Below, piece by piece: positions 1 through 13,019 of a DNA stretch of 64,000 nt. Origin of the DNA: Oculina patagonica (Eukaryota); NCBI RefSeq assembly GCF_052425735.1, contig NC_135759.1, positions 41,044,001 through 41,108,000 on the forward strand, written 5' to 3'. The position numbers were made by a program, and so were the translations under genes. Numbering within the stretch: position 1 is the stretch's first letter; every line of letters begins with the position of its first letter. Below the pieces are notes generated by a model that was given only the letters and a program-made list of their open reading frames with translations, did not search any database and was not told the origin of the DNA.

Positions 1-633
1 GTCCCCGTCAGGACCCCCTCTGCTTGTAGATTCTAACACGGCAGACCCTCTCCGCGCGTCAGTAGAGTGCTTTGGCAGCGCCAAGAGGGTCTTGACACCC
101 GCGTTTTGAAACTTCCCCATGTCCATCGCGGACATGGTGTACCGTCGAACAATGGGCACCGCCTCCCGTCGGTTGTTCTCAGAGATTGGCACAGGCGAGG
201 CTCGGGGACTCTGTTTTAATGTAACTGACGTGTGGGTTACGCGGCGCGTCACTCGAGGAGAAGCTAAGGGGCTCATCACGGGTGATGACTGCTGACTGCT
301 CACAGGAGATATAATCCGGTTTGACCTGTTTTCTGCGTTTTGCACAAATGCTTTATCTATGGCGGAATTGATGACGACATGTCTGAGACTTTGAATTGAA
401 CTTTCCGAAACTGATGTGTAACTTTCGGTTTTGCTTATTGCCGCGCTGGAAACTCGAAACGTGAAGAGTCTTTCGCTTTTGCTGTTTTCCTCATTGAACA
501 ATTCATATTGGTTGGAATTAACAGTCTCACTTCTTTCGGTAAGTGAATATGAACTACAGTGTTCACTCTTGCTTTCCTCTCCGGAAGCCCCAGGCTCAAT
601 GATAGCGATCGCATTTGGTCTCGACTGTCTTTT
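1..633 (-). CDS. Probable C-terminal continuation of the ANKRD34-like protein in the +1 frame; runs off the window
   Basis: Stop-free frame from 633 to 1 (211 codons): ...AIAIIEPGASGEESKSEH...SPVMSPLASPRVTRR...RRYTMSAMD...RRGSAVLE. Same Ser-rich composition and RRxS/T motifs as the upstream ORF. Confidence 0.65.
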
Positions 634-1762
634 CTACCTCGCTGGAACCAGGAACAATTTTTCTTTCTTGGATTGAGTTTGCTTCTTCCCAAATATGTCG
701 ATCCTCCTTTTCTGGCTTGTCAGGACTTAAAACGCACTTCTTTTCTTGCATTGAGTTGGCTTCTTGGCTAATATGTTGATTTATGGAAGAGGTGCGAGAT
801 TTGTCCTCTGAAGTTCTGCGCGAATCACTTGTGCACGGAAATTCATTTGAATCGAAGGAGGAGCAAAACGAGTCCTGTAGCTTTAGAAGTTTCTCCAGCC
901 CGGAAGACAGATCGCGTGGTGCATTCTCGGCATCAGAGATCTGAAAACTAAACCTCTCCTCCTCTGATAGCGAACGAACGGACGTTTTCCTCTTCTCTTC
1001 TGATTCGCTTTTGTCATCTTGGTCGTTTTCTGTGTTTGTTGTATTTTTTCCAGCCTCTTCTGAACAGTTTAATATTTCTTGAATATCTAGGGGATCAAAA
1101 TGGCACACAGATCTTTTTCTTCGACGCTCGGGCGCCGGCTGAGCTATTTCACCATCCTCGCCACCCAATTCAGCACTCAAAAGATTGCTACTAGAGATGG
1201 GCGGATCTTCCTTTTCAGCGGCGTACAACTGCGTGTGATCTCTGCGGGTTCTGGGCCCCATTAGCGGCCAGGAGAATTTGCGTATGTCCTGAATGTTAGC
1301 CAAACATTCCTCCAAATGTTTCACCTGAACATTGTCTCGCGCATCCACGATCATGCTTTCGCGACAAGCGTTTATCAAAAGTCTAGTGGTCTCCAAGTCC
1401 TCTGCGTTCATTACATAGTCAAACACTGTATTTTTAATTTCATCCTCTATCCATGGATTAGATTTTGCGTCAAGTAAAGCTTTGATGACTTCTTTCCCAG
1501 AATTTGACATGCAAGCGTAAATAAGTGCGGTGCGGCCTTCAATATCTTGCAAGTTTACCTTCGCTTGTTTACTGAGTAAGTAACTCACAACTCGACTCTT
1601 CTCGTCCATATCAGTTTTAGACTGACAACAGAGCATAAGCGGCGTCTCGAGTCGCTCGTTACGAACATTTACCGACGTTCCACCTTCCACGAGCATACGC
1701 ACGAGGCGAAGCTTGCAAGTCGAGCTGGCCTGGAACAGAGCTTCTGACCCCTTGTTGTTCAT
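596..1762 (-). CDS. Ankyrin-repeat protein, ANKRD34-like (N-terminal ankyrin repeats, long low-complexity C-terminus); 5' part of a frame-broken CDS
   Basis: 388-aa ORF with ankyrin motifs (LVRMLVEGGTSVNVRNERLETPLMLCC, VNLQDIEGRTALIYAC). An acceptor-like ttattccacAG lies 2 nt before the ATG, so an upstream exon is likely. Confidence 0.8.
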   Translation of the reverse strand: MNNKGSEALFQASSTCKLRLVRMLVEGGTSVNVRNERLETPLMLCCQSKTDMDEKSRVVSYLLSKQAKVNLQDIEGRTALIYACMSNSGKEVIKALLDAKSNPWIEDEIKNTVFDYVMNAEDLETTRLLINACRESMIVDARDNVQVKHLEECLANIQDIRKFSWPLMGPRTRRDHTQLYAAEKEDPPISSSNLLSAELGGEDGEIAQPAPERRRKRSVCHFDPLDIQEILNCSEEAGKNTTNTENDQDDKSESEEKRKTSVRSLSEEERFSFQISDAENAPRDLSSGLEKLLKLQDSFCSSFDSNEFPCTSDSRRTSEDKSRTSSINQHISQEANSMQEKKCVLSPDKPEKEDRHIWEEANSIQERKIVPGSSEVEKTVETKCDRYH

Positions 1763-4700
1763 CGCTGTGGAATAAATTTTGCAAGTTAGTTGCGTTCAGA
1801 CTAGTTTTTTAGACACTTATTGTTCAGGCTCAGACAACGTGTCTCTTCACATTACGTTTAGACTACGTGTCTGGACACGTTGCGTTTAGACTAGTTACAA
1901 GGGGTTTAGACACGCCGTGGCCCGTCCAAAGGGTGAAAAGGTGAGGTTTTCGTACCTCCTATACAAGTGTGGATCCACCACAGTTCTTAAACAACATTTT
2001 AAGTACGATGCCTTGGTAAAAGTGCACAAAAAATAAAAAGGATTCCCAGCTTTCTACCCATTCCACTTGCATGTTACAAACCAAAATTGTGGCTATGCAT
2101 GGGCCACTGGCCTTGATCCGAGCTACTTATATTAAGGAAAGCATTTTTTCTCGTTTTTTTTTTTTCTCGATAAACGAGAAAGTTTCAGTTTATTCAAGAG
2201 CTTTATTTTGCGTTACTTCTTTCAAGATTGTTCAGAAAATTGATTTATTTGGTACCTTTTGGACGATTGATCAGGAAATAATGTTAAACAATTTAAGAAA
2301 TGACCTGGATGATCTTTGACTTAGGATGGTCAGCCGATATCACATAAAAAGTCATTACATGCGCCAGACATGGCGAATGTTAGTGATATTCCGCATACAT
2401 GAATTTAACAAAGAAAGCTTCGAAAGAGATTTCATTTGTGACTGCTTTTAAGTTGCATTATGACTGCAAGACGACGCTATCGCGGCGATCTTTGATTTTT
2501 TCTCGCACTATTTTTGGACATTTGAAGATAAACCTAAAAACGGTACCTGAGAATTTTGTCTCGGCCGACGAAAAACTGTACTTTGTGCATCTTTTTGGAA
2601 AAAGTGTCTTTCGGTGATGCCTAGAACAGGAAACAGGATGTTGTTTCTGACTGCTTTTTGTCTCTTTGTGACACAAGCACAGCATCCATGCTAGGTTCTT
2701 TTCTTTTCCGCCATGATTATTGTTACAAATGCGAGGCAGGTGTTTTGGCGCCAAAAACCCACGCGTTATGCAAACTGTGAGCTTTGCCACTCAACAAAAC
2801 GTACGTCCCATATTCTTCGGTTTATTTTTTTAACTTTTCGTCGACGTTGCTTTCCTTTATAGTAATCATATTAATTGATAATGTAATGTTGAATATAATA
2901 AAAATGGTCGCCTTCGTTGTAATATCGGAAGTTATTTCGTGAAGTCTGAAATTACATTAATTAACGCATCATGGCTCGAAGTTCCCTCGAGAAATAAGTC
3001 GATATTAGTATTTGTACTCGGTAAATACCCAACGGAGTAGACTCCTTATTTTGAAGGAGTATCGTAGTCCACATTTTTACGCTTTAATAATTCCTTGGCG
3101 AAGGTTTTGACTTAAACATTGCATGTTGACAAAGAAAACTGCACAAAATTAAAATATTTTTTGTACTAAACTGGGTAAAGACTAGAGTAAACAAAGGGTT
3201 TAGAAAATTATAAAAATAAATTGATCTAATACAGTTATTCAAGAAGTAAACGTCCCCGACTGTTTTTGTAATGTGATTGCCGCCTCTATCGAGTATTATT
3301 AGACTAGCATACTGTGCCTTTGCAGAAACACTCTGTCTAGCCAAACCATCCCAAAAAAGTTTTACATTTGATAATTTTGTGTCTTACCTCGGAGCGATCT
3401 CGGCGGCAGAGCGCACTGTAGTTAATTCGTCGCTAAGGGTTTAAAAATCGTTTTCTAACCGGTGAAGTCAAGCTGAAGAAAACACGAATGAAGTGTTATT
3501 GGTCAAATGTGGTAACACCCTCGAACATAATTTTTTCTTGTTTTGAATTTCCTTTCTTCCGTTAGATCATAAATCCGTAAAGTAATTGAATGTTTTGTCA
3601 ATATGAAGGGAGGTGAAAGCCACAGGAATCTTCCTTGAGATCACGTAGGTGACAAAACGTTGGCCGTTCACTTCTTCCCACAGATTAGACTTCAAACATG
3701 GCGGCGTCCCAACTTACGCTGGGTAATTTTTTCCATGTCTCGTACTTGCTAGGAAGCAAGACGAAAGATTATGTCAGGTTGAACAGGAAATAGGTAGTGA
3801 CAGACGTACGAATAAAGAGACTTTTCCAACAAAGTACGCTGTAGAATTAGAACACCTCACAAGAACTGCTACTTGAGTGAAAGTCCGCTTCTTTCTTCAC
3901 CAGCCTTTAGAATTGTGGTTGCCCTTGGCAATGGACAAATGATCGCTTGCAAAATGGAGATTTGCAGCAAACGTCTAAGCTTAATTGTGTTTTTGTTGCC
4001 GTAGATTAGAAGCTATAAAAAATGTTGCCTTTGTTTTCTACCCTGAATATTATTCATCTTTCGCGTTGTGTCGAGAAAACGTCAAAAGTGCATCGCTTGT
4101 AAATAAAGGAGGAATAAAACAACCGACATTTTCAATTGGAAGGCGCCGTGTTTTATCACTTTTGGCCTCGAATCAATTATATTTCTCTTTTTTTTTAGCC
4201 ATCAGGGTGATGTGAATGCTATATGTCAAAAACATATCAGTTCCATTTTGTTTCATTCTAATGGATTTTGAGCAAAACAAATTTTAATCCAAGGACCACC
4301 AATCAAAACGTTGTAGCTTGAAATTTAATTGACAATTCAAGAGAGATTACATGCAGCTGTTGTTTAGCAAGTAAAATAAGCTTGTCAATATTACCGTAGC
4401 TTGTATTTTGGTGTATAAAACTTGATTAAAGGAAATTATTAGGATTCGAGCAAATTTACCTCCATAAATAAACATAATAACCATAATTTGAGGGCCTTTG
4501 TTCAATTTAACGCCAGTGTAATCATTAATAGGCCTGTATATTTAACACGGCAATGCATGCGCTCGTTATTTTGTTTTATACAACCTCGTTTTCAGATTAA
4601 AAGAAAATTGCTGTAAATAAAAGGTTGAAAAACGCTAGGGGAAATTTATGATTGCCTGTGAATCGTTAGGGAGACCTGGACAAAATGCTGGGGAATAACC

Positions 4701-4789
4701 TATCTTATCCGAGAGGGGGGAGTAGAAATACTCGTAGGCACACTACAAGAACATGCTTTGAAGTTATGAGCGACGGTTTTGCTTCTTAG

Positions 4790-5110
4790 GCCCCGCCCAC
4801 ACTGACCCAAGTAAATTTGAAAACGCATTTTTTTATTTACCCGGATAGGCTAACCGTCCACACCGAAAACGGTCCTTTTCAAAAGCGCTCTCCAAAGTGG
4901 ATAAATTTTAAAACGCCGGCTAGGTGGTGTAGTGTGGACGGCGAAAACGGGACTTTTTGAAAACGCTGACGTCAAATAGTCACGTGTTCTCTGTCAAAAC
5001 AAAAGGTTTAATAAGCTTAACAATAGCTCAAAAACTCAACGTGCGACGAAGCGTACCGTTTTCAAATTTACCCGGGTTAATGTGGACGGAAAACATGCAT
5101 TTCAAATTTT
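4790..5110. mobile_element. PIF/Harbinger-like MITE (ggccccgcccacac...gtgtggac family), partial
   Basis: TTA-GGCC terminus, internal aaatttgaaaacg inverted motifs; related copy at 15452-15693. Confidence 0.55.
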
Positions 5111-6931
5111 GCGTTGCTTTAAGTACCGGCGAAAAAGTCGCGAAGGCGATCCACGGGTCTAGGATAGGGACCCTTTATCCTTGATCCTTGACCCTCTGGA
5201 TCCGCCGATTGGAAATGACTCTTAGAATGTATACGAAGCTTTGATTCTACCTGGTAGTGTAGATTGTAAAACTAGTTGAAGACGCCTTATTGTAGTGAAA
5301 AAATTTAATATTTTGAAATATATATCCCAGGTGTTTGTGTGAAACTAGGACAGAGAGAGTACAAAGAAATACTTGTGATACCGATTGCAATCTAAATAAA
5401 AAATAACAATAAAGTGAGAGATATATAAGGGAAGCAGAAGCTTGCCACTATACTGACCGCGTGAAGGCCGCGTTCTGTTTCAAATCGAGCGAATTATCAA
5501 ACTAAAAACGTAAAAGGCAGTCTTAACCAAGACTGTTTTTCGTCTAATTTGTCTCACAGCCTCGAAACTTTATTTATTTAAAGTGATCGTGCACTTGGTT
5601 GGAGTTTACGCTGCACGTAATGAGATACACCATTTAACTCGCAGAAAAAATTGCCTTGTGTTGTACATCTTGAAATGGTCATGCCTCGCAATATTTCCGT
5701 TGCAGCGACGGAGCGACGTCGCACAAAGTGAAATCGAGTTCTACAGCAACGCTGCAACTGACCAACCATTTTAATGCGTTGCCCAGGGGTGTTACGCTAA
5801 GCAACATCTCCTGCAACTTTCTCTCAACCACGCAGCAAAATTACGAGATAAGTTACATTTTCTAAGATCGCGTGATACAAACAAACACAGAGCAAGAAGC
5901 CATTGAAGAGCACCAAGCTTAAAAGAGAAGGTTAAATTATGCTTGCTAACAATAATCAGTGAGGAGGTTTGTTTCTTTCTCTTTTGTTTTATTTTATTTT
6001 CGTTTTCTTGTTTTTGTAGAAATAGCTTCTACAGTGCCCAAAAATAAATTTTAAAACAATTGTCACATATTTCACCCATAGAAAGCATTTTTATCGCAAC
6101 ATCGACTAAAAGGAATATATATTTTTTCATCCACCTAAAGAGCAAAGAGATTTAATTGGACAAAAGAATTTCCGTCTTTAATTTAAAAGCATATCTTTGT
6201 TATCTAGAACAGCATTTGCTTCTTCCTTTTCTTTTATTACCTTGTTCCCTATTTGCAATTGGAAGACCGAAAACACAATTGAACCGAGATTAGCATACGT
6301 ACTGAGTGCGACAGAAAATAACAATCTATATTTTCCTTGTGACTTAGCTAGCCGTCAAAATTGAAGTTCATCAGATGGTTTTGACATCTACGTCGGTTTC
6401 CTCGATGCCTCTCTCTTTTAATTAAAACACACAAAAAAAACATTTGATGAAGGTTCTATATTTAGTACAGTGTTGTGCCAAGCTACTTGTGGCACTAAGT
6501 TATCACTGATACATTCATCTATTGCAGACCAGAATCAGTGTAAAATTATTACTCGTGGTGCAAGACCATTACAACTACACTGAATAAATTGCTATAATCC
6601 TTCAAGTCAGCATTATTCCTCAATATAATTAGTCGGCAAAAACTTCTGAATGTTGGAGCTGTTACTACCCCGTGAAGTGAATGATCAAAACTTGAAGCAA
6701 GAATCACTTAGAATTAAAATGGCTTGAATTCCATTTTTTTTATCATAGTTTAGATCAGTCCATTTCAACAATATTTCAATCGATATTCTTTAATTAAACC
6801 CGCCGACATTCTTATTCAAGGCACTGAATTTTATTGAGATACAATACAATACAATACTTTATTTAAAGTGGGAAACATGCTTAGCTTAGAATAGCGAGAA
6901 GAAATTGAGAATTGGAAAATAGTCAAAACAG

Positions 6932-6962
<31 letters not shown>

Positions 6963-7486
6963 GCACTTAAAATGTTTGTCTCGAGGTCTTACGTCCTGAC
7001 CGAGAGCCAAATATCCGTCTACCTAGCTAAACCTGACTCGGTCAATAATCATTTTATCATATGATCACCAATCTTTTTTATGTTTTTCTTTCGCGGATAC
7101 AGACTCGGCAGTCTTTGGGAATTAATTTATGATAAAATTTTACAAAGATAACAAAAGTGTATAAAGTAAAAGTTGAAAAGCAAGAGAGCTGAGATGAATA
7201 CATAACAGCTATCAACTCCTTATATACAATGCAGTCAATTAACATCATAACGGCTCACGTGGGTTCATACCAATAAGAAATTATTTACATTCTCTGTCAC
7301 TCCCACTTACAGTTTAGTTCCGCCGAATGTAAATACATGTTATGTCTGTTATGCCTGTCCTCGCTCGGGAATAAGCATTAACATAAGCACAAGAAAAAAA
7401 TATTCCTTCTTTTTGTGATAAGTTTATTCTTATTCCTTCTGAGGAGTGCGTAGAAGAATGAGTGTGTCCGTTCTTCTTGTGCATTA

Positions 7487-7915
7487 AGGTCGGGACACAT
7501 TGACATTAGGCGGCAAGTCGCTGCAACATGTCGCGGCGGCAAGTTGCTGCAACATGTTGCCTCGTGTGACATGGTGCATTTCTGCGACGATCTTTGTCGC
7601 TGCAATCAGTCAGACGAATTCAAACTGGTTTGAATTCGTGCGACTGATCGCAGCGACAAAGTGAGCGAAAGCAGTTGTCGCAGTGTGTGCACCCTTCTGT
7701 GACAGGTCGCTGCGACAAAATATAAACTAACCAATGACTGAGCGTTTCGCCATATTGAATTGGAAAACTAGTTCACATTCCCACTCTTCCAAATTCGCTG
7801 CGTGTGCACCGAACAAGCTCCTTGACGCAGCGACTTGTTTTGAACTATACACACGGAGCGGCTTGTCGCAGAGACCTGTCGCTGCGACTTGTCGTGAAGT
7901 GTGTCCCGCCGACCT
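7487..7915. mobile_element. MITE with ggtcgggacaca / tgtcccgccgacc termini and internal gtcgctgcgac repeats
   Basis: Imperfect terminal inverted repeats, many internal palindromic repeats. Confidence 0.55.
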
Positions 7916-10900
7916 TTATGCCTCGTTTCCAGGGAAAAGCCCTGGGAACGAGGTTGACTTGTGCTTATGCCCAAAATACAAAACTATTTATAGAACAACG
8001 CCTGCACTATTGATTGGCTATCTCCGTATGAACTGACAATAAAAAGTGTTCACTTTCATATGTTAACAAATCTAATGAAGACTACGGACAGGTGTTTAGA
8101 AGCTAAGAAATTATTGAGTATAGCTAAAAGAAAGTGTTTTTCTTTTTCATGCTAATTTTAATTTTGATTTGACTTCGTTGAGCTTTTCGAAATCAATCTA
8201 AACTTCAAAGCTTCCCGAGTTCGATTATGAATTCATAGCTTTCTCCATTAGAATCAGTCTCTCTTTCGCAACTGAAATTAATAGTGGATGTTTACCTAAA
8301 ATAGGCGCAAAATTGAATATTTATTCCGTTTTGTTCACGTTTCGCTTAAATGCTGGCTTGTTTGACCAACAAGTTCCCTTCATTTGCTTATCAAAACAAA
8401 GAAACGCATCTGGGTCTAGAGGATAAATATTGCTGATACCTTCAACAAACTCTCCGGAAAATATATTTAAAAAAAGACATAAAGGACGTGACTTGGCCGA
8501 ATGGCCGATTTTAAAAGCCACCGATTTAACGCCGAAATCACACTTGAGGAACTATGAAACGCAGGCCGATATACATTCAAATAATATATTTATGTTTTTG
8601 ACAGTTGAATATTTGGTCTGAACTTTTTATGGGGCGTTTTAAACCAATAGTAGCAACAGAATATAATATCAATATATATTCATGTTTAGTTTATGATATT
8701 AAACGCGAGGCTTACCCAGTTTCTCCAAGATTATTTAAGGTAGAAATGTGCAGTCTCAAACCTTACGGGTTGATCATGTTCAGCCGTCTTCCATTAGACC
8801 GCGGTGATGTAATTTCAGCGTCGAAGTGCCAGGCTTTTAAGCTTGACTAAAAAACATCGCCGACCGAAGCCACCTGTCTTTCTTAGGGCTAATTAAGAGT
8901 GCTAGCAATATACTGATCTTGCGAAAAGATCGTTGGTGTATGAAATGAAATATTCATGCAGTAAAAGCTAATAAACGGGATATGTCCATCTGACACAAGT
9001 ACACTGTTGAATACAAGACAGATGTTATTCCACATTCATTTTATCAAATTCTCCGCTGGGGGCTGACATATTTCTCCGGGAAATTTACCCATTAGTTTAA
9101 ACTATCTCTTTCCTTTTTTTCAAGTAAAAGCGTTATATTTACGCTGCTTTAAGGCTGCTGCTTTCCTCTGGTAGAAAACATAATAGTGTTATGATAGACA
9201 GGACGCTTTCTTGTCAGTTTGTTAAAGCGAAGGCGGGTGAAGGCACTTGTAACCTTGTTTCTATTTTCGCATAAATGGCTTTAGATCTTGAGAATCGTAA
9301 ACAAACCAAGTAAAAAAGACGGGAAACAATATTTCACTTCATTTTATCTCTTACAGTTGCCCGGACATATAATCAACCAGAAAGGTGGAAGTAAATAAAA
9401 ATAGAAACATCAATCTTCTCTTTTATTCACAAACGTTTCAAATGTCCCAAAGTAAACAATGTATTCTTTATTACCGCGAACAAAATTCAGGGGTATGGCC
9501 CACATGGTCAAATTATTAGTATGATCAATGGGATGAAAAAGCGTTGACTAAATTCAGCAGTTTTGTTGGGAGAGGAAAGTTAAAAAACAAATCATGGAAA
9601 ACAATAACCTAAAGCGATAAGCGATACGCCTGGTAAGCTGTTGTTCTGAAGGCCCACGCGCAAGGACTGAACACAAAGATATGTTTCAAAAAAGTGGTCG
9701 CCTAAATTCATATCATTGTTTTCTTTTTTTTTTTCACCTTCTCAGTGAAAGAGCCTGAAAAACTATTTGTGTGCGAAAAAATAATGCCAAACGCTTTAAC
9801 TTCCAAGGTGTCTTTTCTTTTTCTGTTTGATATATTGCATGTGCTCTCTAAAATATAGACTGGCATAAATTTGATGGTCTTTTGTTTCAGCATGGAATCT
9901 GATTCTCAAGACAACGTTATCACAAAGGGTATCGTACTTTTTGTTTATGCCTCACCTACCTTTTGTTATCTAGTCCTTTTGTTATTCCGCTTGCTGCTTA
10001 CTAATCCGCTCTGTAAGAATAACAAATCGAGTATGAAATTTCCATTTTCTGGCTTTTTAAGAACTTTAAACAAACACCGCCGAAAGCATCACACTTATTA
10101 AGTGATGTTTTCAAGAGCGTGCCACCCAACTGCAGCTACCATTGGCTAGGAGAGCTCCTATAAACCAGTGGATCTTATGATATTTAAATAATGGAAATTT
10201 TAATGACCAAGCAAGAGGCCTGCAAAGTAGGAGATGTGCTGTCCTCTTTCATGGATAGAAAAAAATATATGTTCAATTAGCGCTACGGGTGCAAATTGCT
10301 TTCGCGCGAATGCAATCAAAACTGGATCCTTGCTCATTAGATTAACAAGCTTTAGTCAAAGCAACATTTGACATGTTGAGTCTCCGACTTCTTTGGCCCG
10401 GAACTTTGGTGGCAGACTTTGGCTGAGTCTTGCGCTGATTATATCTTCCCAGTGCTCAGACGATCACCCCCTGAGGGGTGGACAATGGACCGCCATTTAG
10501 CCTCGTTCTAGTTTGAGCTAGTTTTTAAAACGAGGCTGGACGGCTGTCCATTGTAATAGAGTCAGTTATTAGGCGACCAGAGAGAGAGAGACGTCAGAAA
10601 TTCAGGCTAGTTATTAGCCTGAGACTACTATTACTTCGACTTGATGGCATTTTCACGGTGAAGACGCAGTTTTTAATTACCCATTCAGTTGAATGCTATG
10701 AATAAATTTTGACGGTGATGATAAATTTAAAACGCCTAACCACTTTACATCTTATCTTAAATGCTGTAAAATTTTACCTTATCTCACGTTTTAAAAGTTT
10801 TCAATTACCTTATCTGACAGTGTAGCCAGCGACGCAAAATATGTGTCGCCTCTGTTAAGGCGTACAGCTCTCCAAGTGTAATTTTCTTATTACAGTCGAG

Positions 10901-11540
10901 TAGATGACAAATTTTGGCTGATGCCGTTCTTAGCAAGCGGGTTGATTGGCACCAGATTCGCGCCGGCATCGCTTTGTCTTTAAAGGAAAGTGCCAGTTTA
11001 ATTTTTTAATTTTTGTCTTTTATTTTATCGTCGCAAACGCACTTAATTACGGTATGCATACAATTTGATGAAGTCTCGTTCTATTCATGACTGCTACTTC
11101 ATGTAAAAAGTATCCAAAACTCAGCCGTCTCCAGTGATCGAGTTTAAGCGACCTTAGGAGAAGCTACGTGTAAAAAAAATTAAGTACAAAAGAGACTGCA
11201 TGCAAAATCAAATATAAAACTATACCGAAACTTTAAATCACTCCAGTGGCAGCCAAAATGTCTTTTATTAGGATATTAAGCGAAGTTTGAGCATGAATGA
11301 GAGTGAAACGGAGAAGTAACAATGCAATGAAGTTTAGAAAAAGAATTTACTCTAGACTGTGTTTCTCATTTCGTTCTTTGCCTTTCACGTTCAAGATGTA
11401 ATGATGTTCTGCGCAGGTCTTCTATCGTTTAGTAAAAATTTGCATTTGGTTAGCATAACCAGCTGTTAATTTAATTACAAGTTGGGCATGCACCCGGACG
11501 GGAAAATGGGATGATCCACCCTGTCATGTTTCCATGTAAA

Positions 11541-11886
11541 GGCCTGGCCAAACGGAGGCGCAAGTAGACGCAAGTTTTCAACTTACGTCCACTTTCGTCT
11601 CCATTTGGCCAGAACTTGCGTGCACTTGTGTTGGATTGCGACGACTTGCGTTCACTTTGATCGAAATCAAATTTGCACGCAAGTCAACGCAAGTTTTTCA
11701 CCGTTTGGCCACACAATGCCTGTCAACGTAAGTCTTGCTGTCCACTTCAAGTACTGAATTGCAGCGCACGCAGTAGCATTTAAATCGTTTTTTTAACACT
11801 TGCGTGCACATGCGAGTAAACTTGCGAGTCCGTTTGGCCAGAACGAGACTACTTGCGTCCACTTGCGTTACCGTTTGGCCAGTGCT
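11541..11886. mobile_element. MITE (ggcctggccaaacg...cgtttggccag), Harbinger-like
   Basis: TIR plus repeated cgcaagt/acttgcg units; similar termini at 43368-43616. Confidence 0.55.
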
Positions 11887-13019
11887 AAAGAGCTTAACTT
11901 GGCAGGAAATAATGATGGTGTTATTGAAAGAAGAAAACGAGAGAAAAAACATTTTTTTAGTTCTGTTTTACAGGTAGCTACAATGTAGCAGCAGTTTATT
12001 GCAGGGTGGTAGCACACTGGATCCTCATTGTAAGAATTGTAAGGGGGGGGGAAGGGGGAAAAGGGAACTGGGATTTGGACAAATTTGCATTTGGATAATG
12101 AGGTTTGGATCACTGGGACTGGGATTTAGTCACTGGGAATGGAAATCACAGACAGAAAAACAATAGAACTAGGTCTGGGATTTTGAAAAAATAGGCTGGG
12201 AAATGGGATTTGGGCAAAGTTTGGGCTGTGAAAATAGGATTTATACCCCTCCCCCCCCCCCCTTTAGAACCCTCTTGTAACACCGATTAAAAAAACACTA
12301 TTCTTTCAAAAACTGGAGTCTCTTTGTAATTGTTCTCACATGTATTGTATTTCTAGTTGTTATTCTGGGCTTGTTTTACAATGTCCCAGATCTGGGCATA
12401 ATTATATTTATGCTTGATAAGACTTTATCTCGAACATTTTTAATAACAAAAAAATATTAAATATTATTTCATTGTAACTTGATAAACGCTTATAATTTGA
12501 CTATAAACAAGAGAAATACATACGTGTTATAACTGGTTGCTGGTTAGGTCATCAATTGAAAATAGGGGAAGGTTTTAATAGAGCTTTTAAGTTAGTCTTG
12601 CAAATATAACACGGAGCCATACTACGTCTGCGTCGGACAACAATTCTGTGTTTCCCGAGTATGAAATTAGTCTGCCTTGAAAACCTCTTCCTCGGTGTAC
12701 AGCCAGAAGTATTTTTTTATAAGTCTACATTGGAACGTATTTCCTTGCCTACGAGCAAGCTCACGTTTCAGAAAACACGCGCGAGTGGCGCGCGAGACCA
12801 CGCTCGATCACGTGGCGTCGCCACTCAAGCGTATTCACAAACCTGAGCCTGCTCGAAGGCAACATGTTTCACAAAAAAAAGTAGTGTTTCACTTAACGCG
12901 AGCTTAAATGACAGAACTAGGGATGTACTTCTACAGTTTTGAAAAAAATGTTCAACATCCTCAAGTGTCTAAGTAATAGAAGAAGAAAGATGCAAAAAGA
13001 ATCTGCTGCTTCAATCTTG

